From Candidatus Methylomirabilia bacterium (GTDB lineage: Bacteria > Methylomirabilota > Methylomirabilia > Rokubacteriales > CSP1-6): a stretch of DNA of 64,000 bases. The stretch is taken from contig JBGQEL010000011.1 of the NCBI GenBank assembly GCA_041496385.1, positions 1-64,000 on the forward strand, given 5' to 3'. A program made the translations under genes and the position numbers. Below the pieces are notes generated by a model that did no database searches, was not told where the DNA came from, and saw nothing but the letters and a program-made list of their open reading frames with translations. Shown here piece by piece: positions 53,402 to 60,858 of the stretch; the first letter of the stretch is position 1, and each line of letters begins with the position of its first letter.

Positions 53402-55231
53402 ATGAGACGCCAGCTCAAGAAGCTTGTCTTCGTCGAGCCGAAGTCGACGCACCTGCACATCTACAGTCGCGTGTGCATCCCGCGGCTCGGCTCGGTCCTC
53501 CTGGCCACGATCATGCGCGCCAAGGGCTACGACGTCCGGGTCTACATCGAGGACATCCATCCGGTCGACATGCAGGAGGTGCTCTCGGCGGATCTCGTCG
53601 CGGTGTCGGCGATCACCTCGACGGCGCCCCAGTCCTATCGCCTCGCCGACAAGGTGCGGGAGGCGGGCGGGATCGCCGTCATGGGCGGCACGCACACGAG
53701 CTTCATGCCCGAGGAGGGGCTGGCGCACTCCGACTTCGTGATCCGCGGCGAGGGCGAGTTCGCGTTCCAGGAGCTGGTCGACGCGATCCAGGCGGGCGAG
53801 GGCTTCGAGAAGATCCAGAACCTCTCCTACCTCTCGGGCGAACGCACGCTGCACAACCCCGAGCGCCCCAAGATCCCGAACCTCGACGTGAACCCGATCC
53901 CCGACTACCGCCTGATCACGGGCTGGAAGCCCGGGGGCGTCGTCTCGGTCGCCACCTCGCGCGGCTGCCCCTTCTCCTGCACCTTCTGCTCGGTGCCCGG
54001 CATGTACGGGCACGCCTTCCGGACGCATTCCATCGAGCGCGTGCTGCAGGAGCTCGAGGTGCACAAGGGGAACATGTACACGTTCTTCGCGGACGACATC
54101 TTCACCGCGAACAAGAAGCGGGTGAAGGAGCTGCTGCGGGGGATGATCCAGCGCGGGCTCACACCGGAGTGGGGCGCGCAGGTCCGGACCGAGACGGTGG
54201 ACGACCCCGAGCTCCTCCAGCTGATGCGCGACGCGAACTGCTTCAACGTCTACGTCGGCTTCGAGTCGATCAATCCGAAGACGCTCAAGCTCTTCAACAA
54301 GAAGCAGGACCTGGAAAAGATCGAGCGCTCCATCGAGCGGTTCCACGCCCACAAAATCAGGATCCACGGCATGTTCGTCGTCGGGTCGGACGAGGACGAC
54401 CTCGAGACCCTCGATGCCACCGCGGAGTTCGCGCTCAAGCACGACATCGATTCGGTCCAGTTCATGATCCTGACGCCGATCCCGGGCTCGCCCGACTACG
54501 AGACGCTCTACGATCACGGCAACAAGTACGTGATCAGCAAGAACTGGCAGTTCTACGACGGCCACCACGTCGTCCACCAGCCGCGGCGGATCAGCCCGTA
54601 CGAGCTCCAGATGGGCGCGATCCAGGCGATGGAGAAGTTCTACTCGTGGCGCGGCATCGCGGCGAAGCTCGTGAAGCGCGACATCTACTACGCCACCATC
54701 CGGTACTGGGGCAAGAAGATGCTTCGCGAGTGGTGGAAGGATGCCGAGAACCGCGCGCACGTCGACTGGCTCCGCGCGCAGCTCTACTCGGACGCGCGCG
54801 AGCTCGGCCACGGCGCCGTGAAGACGGTGGGGCTCCCGGCGCTCCTGTTGCAGGACTCGGTCGGTCGACTGCTCGGGCGCTTCCTGGGCGAGCTCGGCGT
54901 CAAGGTGGTGCCGCTCGCCGAGGCCGCGGCGGAGGCCGCGGCGGGAAGCGCCGCGCGGGCCCGCGAGACCTTCGACTGCCTGATCACGCCCATCGTCAAG
55001 CGCGCGGCCAAGGAGCGGGAGGAGTTCCACGCGAGCCTCCAGGCGGTGACCGAGACGCTCCGGACGCAATGGGAGAAGCTGCCGAAGGTGAGCTTCCCTC
55101 TCGTCGACGGGCAGGGGCCGGTGTTCGAGCCCTTCGCCAAGATCGGGCTCCTGTTCACGAAGAACCTCGACCGGATCCGGGACGCCTACAAGACGGCGGG
55201 CGTCGCCGAGGGGCTCTGGGAGGCCGCTTAG
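53402..55231 (+). CDS. B12-binding domain radical SAM enzyme
   Basis: N-terminal cobalamin-binding fold (PRLGSVLLAT, VMGGTH, RGEGE); SRGCPFSCTFC, FFADDIF, VGFES, LTPIPGS; extra ~140 aa C-terminal domain. Confidence 0.9.
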   Translation: MRRQLKKLVFVEPKSTHLHIYSRVCIPRLGSVLLATIMRAKGYDVRVYIEDIHPVDMQEVLSADLVAVSAITSTAPQSYRLADKVREAGGIAVMGGTHTSFMPEEGLAHSDFVIRGEGEFAFQELVDAIQAGEGFEKIQNLSYLSGERTLHNPERPKIPNLDVNPIPDYRLITGWKPGGVVSVATSRGCPFSCTFCSVPGMYGHAFRTHSIERVLQELEVHKGNMYTFFADDIFTANKKRVKELLRGMIQRGLTPEWGAQVRTETVDDPELLQLMRDANCFNVYVGFESINPKTLKLFNKKQDLEKIERSIERFHAHKIRIHGMFVVGSDEDDLETLDATAEFALKHDIDSVQFMILTPIPGSPDYETLYDHGNKYVISKNWQFYDGHHVVHQPRRISPYELQMGAIQAMEKFYSWRGIAAKLVKRDIYYATIRYWGKKMLREWWKDAENRAHVDWLRAQLYSDARELGHGAVKTVGLPALLLQDSVGRLLGRFLGELGVKVVPLAEAAAEAAAGSAARARETFDCLITPIVKRAAKEREEFHASLQAVTETLRTQWEKLPKVSFPLVDGQGPVFEPFAKIGLLFTKNLDRIRDAYKTAGVAEGLWEAA

Positions 55232-55911
55232 GGGGCCTTCGGCTCCTGGATGGAGGACGGCCTGCGGGCGTGGCGGCGGCGGACGAACTCCTCGTTCAGC
55301 GGCACGCCCTTCTTGCAGAGGGGGCACGTCTCCGGGTCGTAGGTCGGAAAATCTCGGCTGACCAGGCTGAACATCGACTTGCCGCCGACCTCCACCGAGG
55401 TGCGGCGCCAGAGACAGCCGACTCCCACCACCTGCGCGCCGAGCTGTTCGGCGAGGTTGATCAGGAGGTTGAGCGTCGAGCCGGTGCTCACGAGGTCCTC
55501 GACGAGGAGCACCTTCGAGCCCGCACGAACGAGACGCTGGAACTCGACCGGCAGCGACACCCGCCGCTTGCCGCCCGAGAGGCCCTTCGTCCCGTAGATC
55601 ACGATCGGCCGCGACGGATGGGCGCGGGCGACGCAGTGCGAGAGGATGAGCGCGCCGGGACCCGTCGAGAGCACCACGTCGACCGGCCACGCGGCGAAGT
55701 GCTTGGCGATGACCGCGCCGAGGCCCTCGGTGAACGACGGCTCGGTCGTCACGAGCGTCTTCTCGATGTACTCGGTCGTGTGCTGCCCCGACGGCAGGAG
55801 CACGTGATCGTTGGCGTGGTAGGCCCCGGTCCGCTTGAGGATCTCGAGGTGGATTTTCTCCCGAACCTCCACCTCGACGGCGGTGGGATCCTTCCTGGGC
55901 GAGGCGCTCAT
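55228..55911 (-). CDS. orotate phosphoribosyltransferase-like type I PRTase
   Basis: HVLLPSGQHT..Y, PRPP loop LLVEDLVSTGST, C-terminal CPLCK as in Thermus-type PyrE; GGAGGA RBS. Confidence 0.75.
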   Translation of the reverse strand: MSASPRKDPTAVEVEVREKIHLEILKRTGAYHANDHVLLPSGQHTTEYIEKTLVTTEPSFTEGLGAVIAKHFAAWPVDVVLSTGPGALILSHCVARAHPSRPIVIYGTKGLSGGKRRVSLPVEFQRLVRAGSKVLLVEDLVSTGSTLNLLINLAEQLGAQVVGVGCLWRRTSVEVGGKSMFSLVSRDFPTYDPETCPLCKKGVPLNEEFVRRRHARRPSSIQEPKAP

Positions 55912-55961
55912 CCGGTTCCTCCCGGGCGCATTATCGCATTTTAATTGCTAGACTGCGTCGT

Positions 55962-56636
55962 ATGCGCCTGCTCGCCGTCGAGACCTCCACGCTGGCCGGC
56001 GGCGCGGCGCTCCTCGACGGGGACCGCGTGGTCGGGCAGTACCTCCTCGACGTGCGCGCCACCCACTCCGAGCGCCTCATGGTCGCGGTGGATCGCATCC
56101 TCGGTGACGCGGGCTGGACGCCGCGCGACCTCGACGGGCTCGCCGTCGCCGTCGGCCCCGGCTCGTTCACCGGGCTCCGCATCGGGATCAGCACCGTGAA
56201 GGGGCTGGCGCTCGCGCTCGACGTCCCTATCGCCGCGGTGCCGACGCTCGACGCGATGGCGGCCTCGCTGCCGTTCGCGGGCCTACCCGTCTGTCCCGTG
56301 CTGGACGCGCGCAAGCGCGAGGTGTACGCCGCGTTCTTCCGATGGGACGGGACCGCGATGCGGCGGGAGTCGGAGTATCTCGCGGTGGCGCCCGCGGAGC
56401 TGGCGCGGCGGCTGGTCGAGCCGACCGTGCTCCTCGGCGGAGCCGCGGGCGCGATCGTGTCGCCGCACGCGCGCCTGGCGCCGCCGACGCACCAGTTCCC
56501 ATTTCCCGCGTGCGTCGGCGTGCTCGGCCTGGCGCGCTTCCGCGCCGGGGAGACCGTCACGGCAGCCGATCTCGTGCCCCTCTATCTCCGGCCCTCCGAG
56601 GCCGAGCTGAAGCGCCGTGCAATCTCGGTCCATTGA
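55962..56636 (+). CDS. tsaB: t6A biosynthesis protein TsaB
   Basis: LAVETST, HSERL, GPGSFTGLRIG, DARKREVY, PLYLRPSEAE. Confidence 0.96.
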   Translation: MRLLAVETSTLAGGAALLDGDRVVGQYLLDVRATHSERLMVAVDRILGDAGWTPRDLDGLAVAVGPGSFTGLRIGISTVKGLALALDVPIAAVPTLDAMAASLPFAGLPVCPVLDARKREVYAAFFRWDGTAMRRESEYLAVAPAELARRLVEPTVLLGGAAGAIVSPHARLAPPTHQFPFPACVGVLGLARFRAGETVTAADLVPLYLRPSEAELKRRAISVH

Positions 56637-57090
56637 CCGGATGCGCCCGGAGGACCTCGACGAGGTCCTCGCCATCGAGCGCGCGGCGTTCTCCATGCCG
56701 TGGTCGCGGGGCGCGTTCGTCTACGAGATGGAGCAGAACCGCGTGGCGCGCTGCTGGGTCATGCGCGAGGAGGGGCGCCCGATCGGCTACCTCTGCCTCT
56801 GGGAGATCGCCGACGAGCTGCACATCACGAACGTCGCGGTCGAGCCCTCGCGCCGGCGGCAGGGCGTCGGCCGCGCGCTGCTCAAGGGTGTCCTCGACGA
56901 CGCGCGCGAGCGGCGCCTGCGGCTCGTCGTCCTCGAGGTGCGACCCAGCAACACCGAGGCGCGCACGCTCTACGAGGCCTTCGGGTTCCGCGTCATCGGA
57001 CGCCGGCGCGGCTACTACTACGATACCGGCGAGGACGCGCTGGTCATGGAGGCGGCCCTCCAGACCGCACAGCCGGGAACCGTGACGTAG
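56617..57090 (+). CDS. rimI: ribosomal-protein-alanine N-acetyltransferase
   Basis: FSMPWS, ELHITNVAV, RRQGVG, LEVRPSN, RRRGYY, EDALVM. Confidence 0.93.
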   Translation: MQSRSIDRMRPEDLDEVLAIERAAFSMPWSRGAFVYEMEQNRVARCWVMREEGRPIGYLCLWEIADELHITNVAVEPSRRRQGVGRALLKGVLDDARERRLRLVVLEVRPSNTEARTLYEAFGFRVIGRRRGYYYDTGEDALVMEAALQTAQPGTVT

Positions 57091-57158
57091 CCCCGGCCGT
57101 TTGTGATACAAGTCGGTGTTTGCGGGCCGTGGCATACTTCATGGAGGCCATAAGGGAC

Positions 57159-57806
57159 ATGCGCGCTATACGACCGCTCTTCCTGGCGATCGTCCTCGTT
57201 GTCCTGGCGGCCCTCCCCGCCGCGGCCGAAGTGATCCAGTTCAAGCTGCTCCCCAACTACTCACGCGCGACGTTCAAGACGGACGCCCCGCTCGAGACCA
57301 TCGTGGGCAACGCCGTGGCGGCCGCCCTCGCCGGATCTCTCACGCTGGATCCCGCCAAGCCCCGGGAGGCGAAGGGCGTCGTCACGGTCGACATGTCCAA
57401 GGTCAGGACCGGCATCGACAAGCGTGACGCCGACATGCTCGATCCCCGCTTCCTCGACGCAACGGCGAACGAAGCGAACAAGTTTGTCACGTTCGAGGTC
57501 AGGGGCGTCGAGATCGCGGGACCGCTCAGGTCCGGGACGGAGCTGTCGGCCAAGATCAGCGGGATCTTCACCGTCAGGCAGAAGGCCGTCAACCTCGTCG
57601 CGGACGCCCGCGTCACGTACGTGAAGCTGACATCCGAGCAGGTCGACGTGCAGAAGCGCTTCGGCTTCACGCCGGACAACATCAAGATCCGCGCGAAGTT
57701 CGCGACCACGTTCACGGGCCACGGCATGGAGGTGCCCCAGCTCCTGATCTTCAAGCTCTCCAACGAGATCGAGCTCGAGACGGACCTGACCTTTGCCCGC
57801 CAGTAA
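57159..57806 (+). CDS. secreted YceI-like (polyisoprenoid-binding) protein
   Basis: Signal peptide (…ALPAAA); SRATF.TDAPLETIVG, TGIDKRDADM...FLD, beta-strand pattern ending EIELETDLTF. Confidence 0.8.
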   Translation: MRAIRPLFLAIVLVVLAALPAAAEVIQFKLLPNYSRATFKTDAPLETIVGNAVAAALAGSLTLDPAKPREAKGVVTVDMSKVRTGIDKRDADMLDPRFLDATANEANKFVTFEVRGVEIAGPLRSGTELSAKISGIFTVRQKAVNLVADARVTYVKLTSEQVDVQKRFGFTPDNIKIRAKFATTFTGHGMEVPQLLIFKLSNEIELETDLTFARQ

Positions 57807-57869
57807 CCTGTCGTGAAGCGACTCGCGTCGGGGCTCCAGGTCGATCGGCTCTAGCGAAAAGGAGACGTG

Positions 57870-58682
57870 ATGGTATTGAGAAGACTGATCAGCATCGTCG
57901 GTGTGATGGCGCTCCTGGAACCCATGGTCGGGGTCGGCGTCGACGCCTACTCGGGCGGGCCGCTCCGCAATGTCACGGACCTCGCGCCCACCTGCGCGGG
58001 CTGCCACTCCTCGTTCTCGAGGGACCAGCTCCGGAACGAGCCGGAGGCCTTCGCCGCGAGCCAGGTCAAGGAGAACAAGCACTACAAGGCCATCGAAGAC
58101 GGCGCCGGCCCATACCAGCAGATGTCGCCCGCCGACCGCCAGAAGCTGCTCGCGGACGTGAAGCTCATGGACGAAAACGCGTCGATGACGTTCACCGCGC
58201 CGGCGAGCCTGCGGCCGGGCCAGGAGGCGCAGATCACCGTGAGCGTGAAGGGCGGCCACGGCGTCGTCGGGGTGTTCCTGGTCGACACCGATCTCCGGTT
58301 CCAGGCGCGGCCGATTCAGGGCGACGGCTGGGTCGTCGTCGGCGCGCCGAAGGTCTGGGGCGGCGACGGCGCCGAGCAGACCAAGTGGGTCGATGGCCGC
58401 GCGCCTGGACTCCGGAAGAACCTCAACAGCGCGATCATCTTCGATCAGAAGTCGGACCTCGCCGCGAAGAAGTTTGCGGAGGGCAAGGTCGTCTGGACCG
58501 TCAAGGCGCCCCAGGAGCCGGGGACCTATACGATCAGCGCGGCGTTCCACTTCGGCTCCGAGCGGGCGTCGTCCGTGGGCACGGTGACGACGCCGACCGG
58601 CCAGGTGTTCCCGCGTGGAGGCCCGGGCGGCGCGTCTGCGCGCGTCATCTTCGCGAAGCCCGTGACGGTGACGGTCCGCTAG
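57870..58682 (+). CDS. secreted mono-heme c-type cytochrome with reeler-like beta-sandwich (hypothetical)
   Basis: Signal peptide; CAGCH near the mature N-terminus; LRPGQEAQITVSV ... WTVKAPQEPGTYTI reeler/Ig-like pattern; AAGGAG RBS. Confidence 0.65.
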   Translation: MVLRRLISIVGVMALLEPMVGVGVDAYSGGPLRNVTDLAPTCAGCHSSFSRDQLRNEPEAFAASQVKENKHYKAIEDGAGPYQQMSPADRQKLLADVKLMDENASMTFTAPASLRPGQEAQITVSVKGGHGVVGVFLVDTDLRFQARPIQGDGWVVVGAPKVWGGDGAEQTKWVDGRAPGLRKNLNSAIIFDQKSDLAAKKFAEGKVVWTVKAPQEPGTYTISAAFHFGSERASSVGTVTTPTGQVFPRGGPGGASARVIFAKPVTVTVR

Positions 58683-58738
58683 CCGGAGAGGAGCAACGAC
58701 AGGGGCCGACGATCCGGCGCTCGCTACGCCGCTGGCTG

Positions 58739-59335
58739 GTGGGAGGCGGGGGCGCCGTCGTCGGCGCCCTCCTCTGCGGGACTCTGTTCCTCGCCGCGCT
58801 CTCCGCGACGGAGCGAGACAACCGTTTTTGCGTGGCTTGCCACCTCCACGACGAGAAGTTCAGCCGCCTGATCGCCGTCACCGCCACGGACCTCGCGGGC
58901 TTCCATCATCAGCGGAAAGCGGAGGTCGGCTGCATCGCCTGCCATGGCGGCGCCGGCGCGGCGAGGCACCTCCAGGTGTGGCTGCTCGCGGGCTTCGATA
59001 CGCTCGCGTTCCTCGCCGGCGCTTACGCGGAGCCGACGCACATGCGGCTCCCGCTCCGCGATGCCGAGTGCCAGCCGTGCCATACGCCGATCCTGAGCGC
59101 GCGCGCAACGGCGTCCGGGCCCGCCGACCCGACGCCCGAGGCGACCTTCGCCGCCGAAGCCGAGACTGAGGGACGCGGCGGCACCTCGTATCACGCGATC
59201 AGAGAGCACGGGACGGTGAGGATCACCTGCGTGCGCTGCCATCCTTCTCATACCACGGACAGCAACGCCGCGAACCGGTTCATCACGAAAGCGACGGTCC
59301 GACCCCTCTGCCACGAGTGCCACAAGGAGCTCTGA
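58739..59335 (+). CDS. membrane-anchored penta-heme c-type cytochrome (NapC/NirT/NrfH-like)
   Basis: N-terminal TM helix and five CxxCH motifs: CVACH, CIACH, CQPCH, CVRCH, CHECH. Start uncertain (GTG 58739 or ATC 58712). Confidence 0.8.
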   Translation: MGGGGAVVGALLCGTLFLAALSATERDNRFCVACHLHDEKFSRLIAVTATDLAGFHHQRKAEVGCIACHGGAGAARHLQVWLLAGFDTLAFLAGAYAEPTHMRLPLRDAECQPCHTPILSARATASGPADPTPEATFAAEAETEGRGGTSYHAIREHGTVRITCVRCHPSHTTDSNAANRFITKATVRPLCHECHKEL

Positions 59336-59357
59336 TCGCTCGGCCGGGGCGCGGGCG

Positions 59358-59729
59358 TCAGGTCAGCGCGCCGAGGACGAGTGCGAGCACGATGAGCCCG
59401 ATGCCGAGCCGGCGCCAGCGGCGCGCGAACAGGGACGTCGTCGTGCCGACGCCCAGGTGAAAGGCCGCGAGCCCGAGGTAGAAGTCGTTCAGCGCCATGG
59501 CGAGCGCGTTGAGCGCGATGAACCCGGCCCCCAGGGCGACGGAGACGCCGACCAGCGGCCGCCGCACCACCAGGCCAAGCGCCACCAGGCACGCGGCGTC
59601 GGCGACGAGGAGCCAGCGCGTCGCTGCCGGTCCCGGAATCACGAAAGCGAGGCGATCGAGCCACACCCGCTGCGACGTCAGGGGCGCCACGGAAGCGAGC
59701 AGGGCGAGGACGCTGAGCAGGGGCCGCAT
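59358..59729 (-). CDS. small integral membrane protein (hypothetical)
   Basis: 123 aa with 4-5 hydrophobic segments; extended -10 TGGTACGAT 7 nt before the ATG. Confidence 0.6.
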   Translation of the reverse strand: MRPLLSVLALLASVAPLTSQRVWLDRLAFVIPGPAATRWLLVADAACLVALGLVVRRPLVGVSVALGAGFIALNALAMALNDFYLGLAAFHLGVGTTTSLFARRWRRLGIGLIVLALVLGALT

Positions 59730-59871
59730 TGCGCCGATCGTACCACCGAGGACAAGAGCCCCAAGCGTGACCTCGAGCGCCCGTCCGGCTGCGATCCCGA
59801 TGCTGAGCGACGGCGGAATCTGGTAGTCTACCGCCGCATGCCATTGTCGATCGTATCCGACTAGCTCGGAC

Positions 59872-60858
59872 ATGTCCCAGTCGCGCACCGACACGGCGAG
59901 CCTCGTCGAGCGCATGCTGGCCGGCGACCGGCTCGCGCTCGCTCGACTCATCACGCAGGTCGAGAACCGTACCGACGCCGTCCCGGCGATCATGCGGGCG
60001 GTCTATCCGCGCGCCCACGACGCCTACGTCGTGGGGGTGACCGGGCCGCCCGGCGCCGGCAAGTCCACCGTCGTGGATCGTCTGATCGCCCTCCTGCGCG
60101 CCGAGGAGCTGACGGTCGGAGTCGTCGCCGTGGATCCCTCCAGCCCGTTCACGGGCGGCGCAGTGCTCGGCGACCGGATCCGCATGCAGGCCCACGCGCT
60201 CGACCCCGGCGTCTTCATCCGGAGCATGGCCACGCGCGGCTCCGTCGGCGGGCTCGCCCGCGCGACCGGGGACGTCATCAAGCTCCTCGCCGCGGCCGGC
60301 CACGGCTGGATCCTGATCGAGACCGTCGGCGTCGGCCAGACCGAGCTCGACATCATGAACCTCGCGGATACGACCGTGGTCGTGCTCGTGCCCGAGTCCG
60401 GTGACTCGATCCAGGCGATGAAGGCGGGCCTCATGGAGGCGGCCGACGTGTTCCTGGTCAACAAGGCCGACCGCGCGGGCGCGCACGCGCTGATGGCCGA
60501 GCTGAAGTTCGCCGCGCACCTCCACCACGCGAGCGCCACCTCGCCGAAGGACATCGACTGGGAGGTTCCGGTGCTCTCGGGCGAGGCGCAGTCGGGTATC
60601 GGAATGAAGGAGCTGCTCGTCGAGATCCGGCGTCACCGCGGCTCGCTCGAGGCGTCGGGCGCGCTCGCCGCGCGTCGGCGGGCCCGGCGCGGAGAGGAGC
60701 TCAAGAGCCTCCTGCTCGAGGCGGTGCGCGCCCGGATCGAGCAGGCGATCGGGAGCGGGCAGGCCCGCTCGGTGCGCGAGCGCGTGCTCGACGGGACGCT
60801 GGACCCCTACTCGGCCGCGCAGGCCATTCTCGCTGTGCTAAGGTTGGAGTCCTCATGA
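59872..60858 (+). CDS. meaB: methylmalonyl-CoA mutase-associated GTPase MeaB/ArgK
   Basis: GVTGPPGAGKST, AVDPSSPFTGGAVLGDRIRM, FIRSMATRG, ETVGVGQ, VNKAD. Confidence 0.95.
   Translation: MSQSRTDTASLVERMLAGDRLALARLITQVENRTDAVPAIMRAVYPRAHDAYVVGVTGPPGAGKSTVVDRLIALLRAEELTVGVVAVDPSSPFTGGAVLGDRIRMQAHALDPGVFIRSMATRGSVGGLARATGDVIKLLAAAGHGWILIETVGVGQTELDIMNLADTTVVVLVPESGDSIQAMKAGLMEAADVFLVNKADRAGAHALMAELKFAAHLHHASATSPKDIDWEVPVLSGEAQSGIGMKELLVEIRRHRGSLEASGALAARRRARRGEELKSLLLEAVRARIEQAIGSGQARSVRERVLDGTLDPYSAAQAILAVLRLESS

Noticed and set aside
57100..57118. CRP/FNR/Rex-like site (TTGTGATACAAGTCGGT) before the YceI-cytochrome cluster
   Set aside because: Only one half-site matches; too weak to call.
58385..58711. 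Track start of the multiheme cytochrome at 58385
   Set aside because: Overlaps the upstream gene by ~300 bp and the extension looks like frame noise.
59730..59993. Long N-terminal extension of the minus-strand membrane ORF (track start 59993)
   Set aside because: Overlaps meaB; a promoter-adjacent ATG at 59729 gives a more plausible protein.
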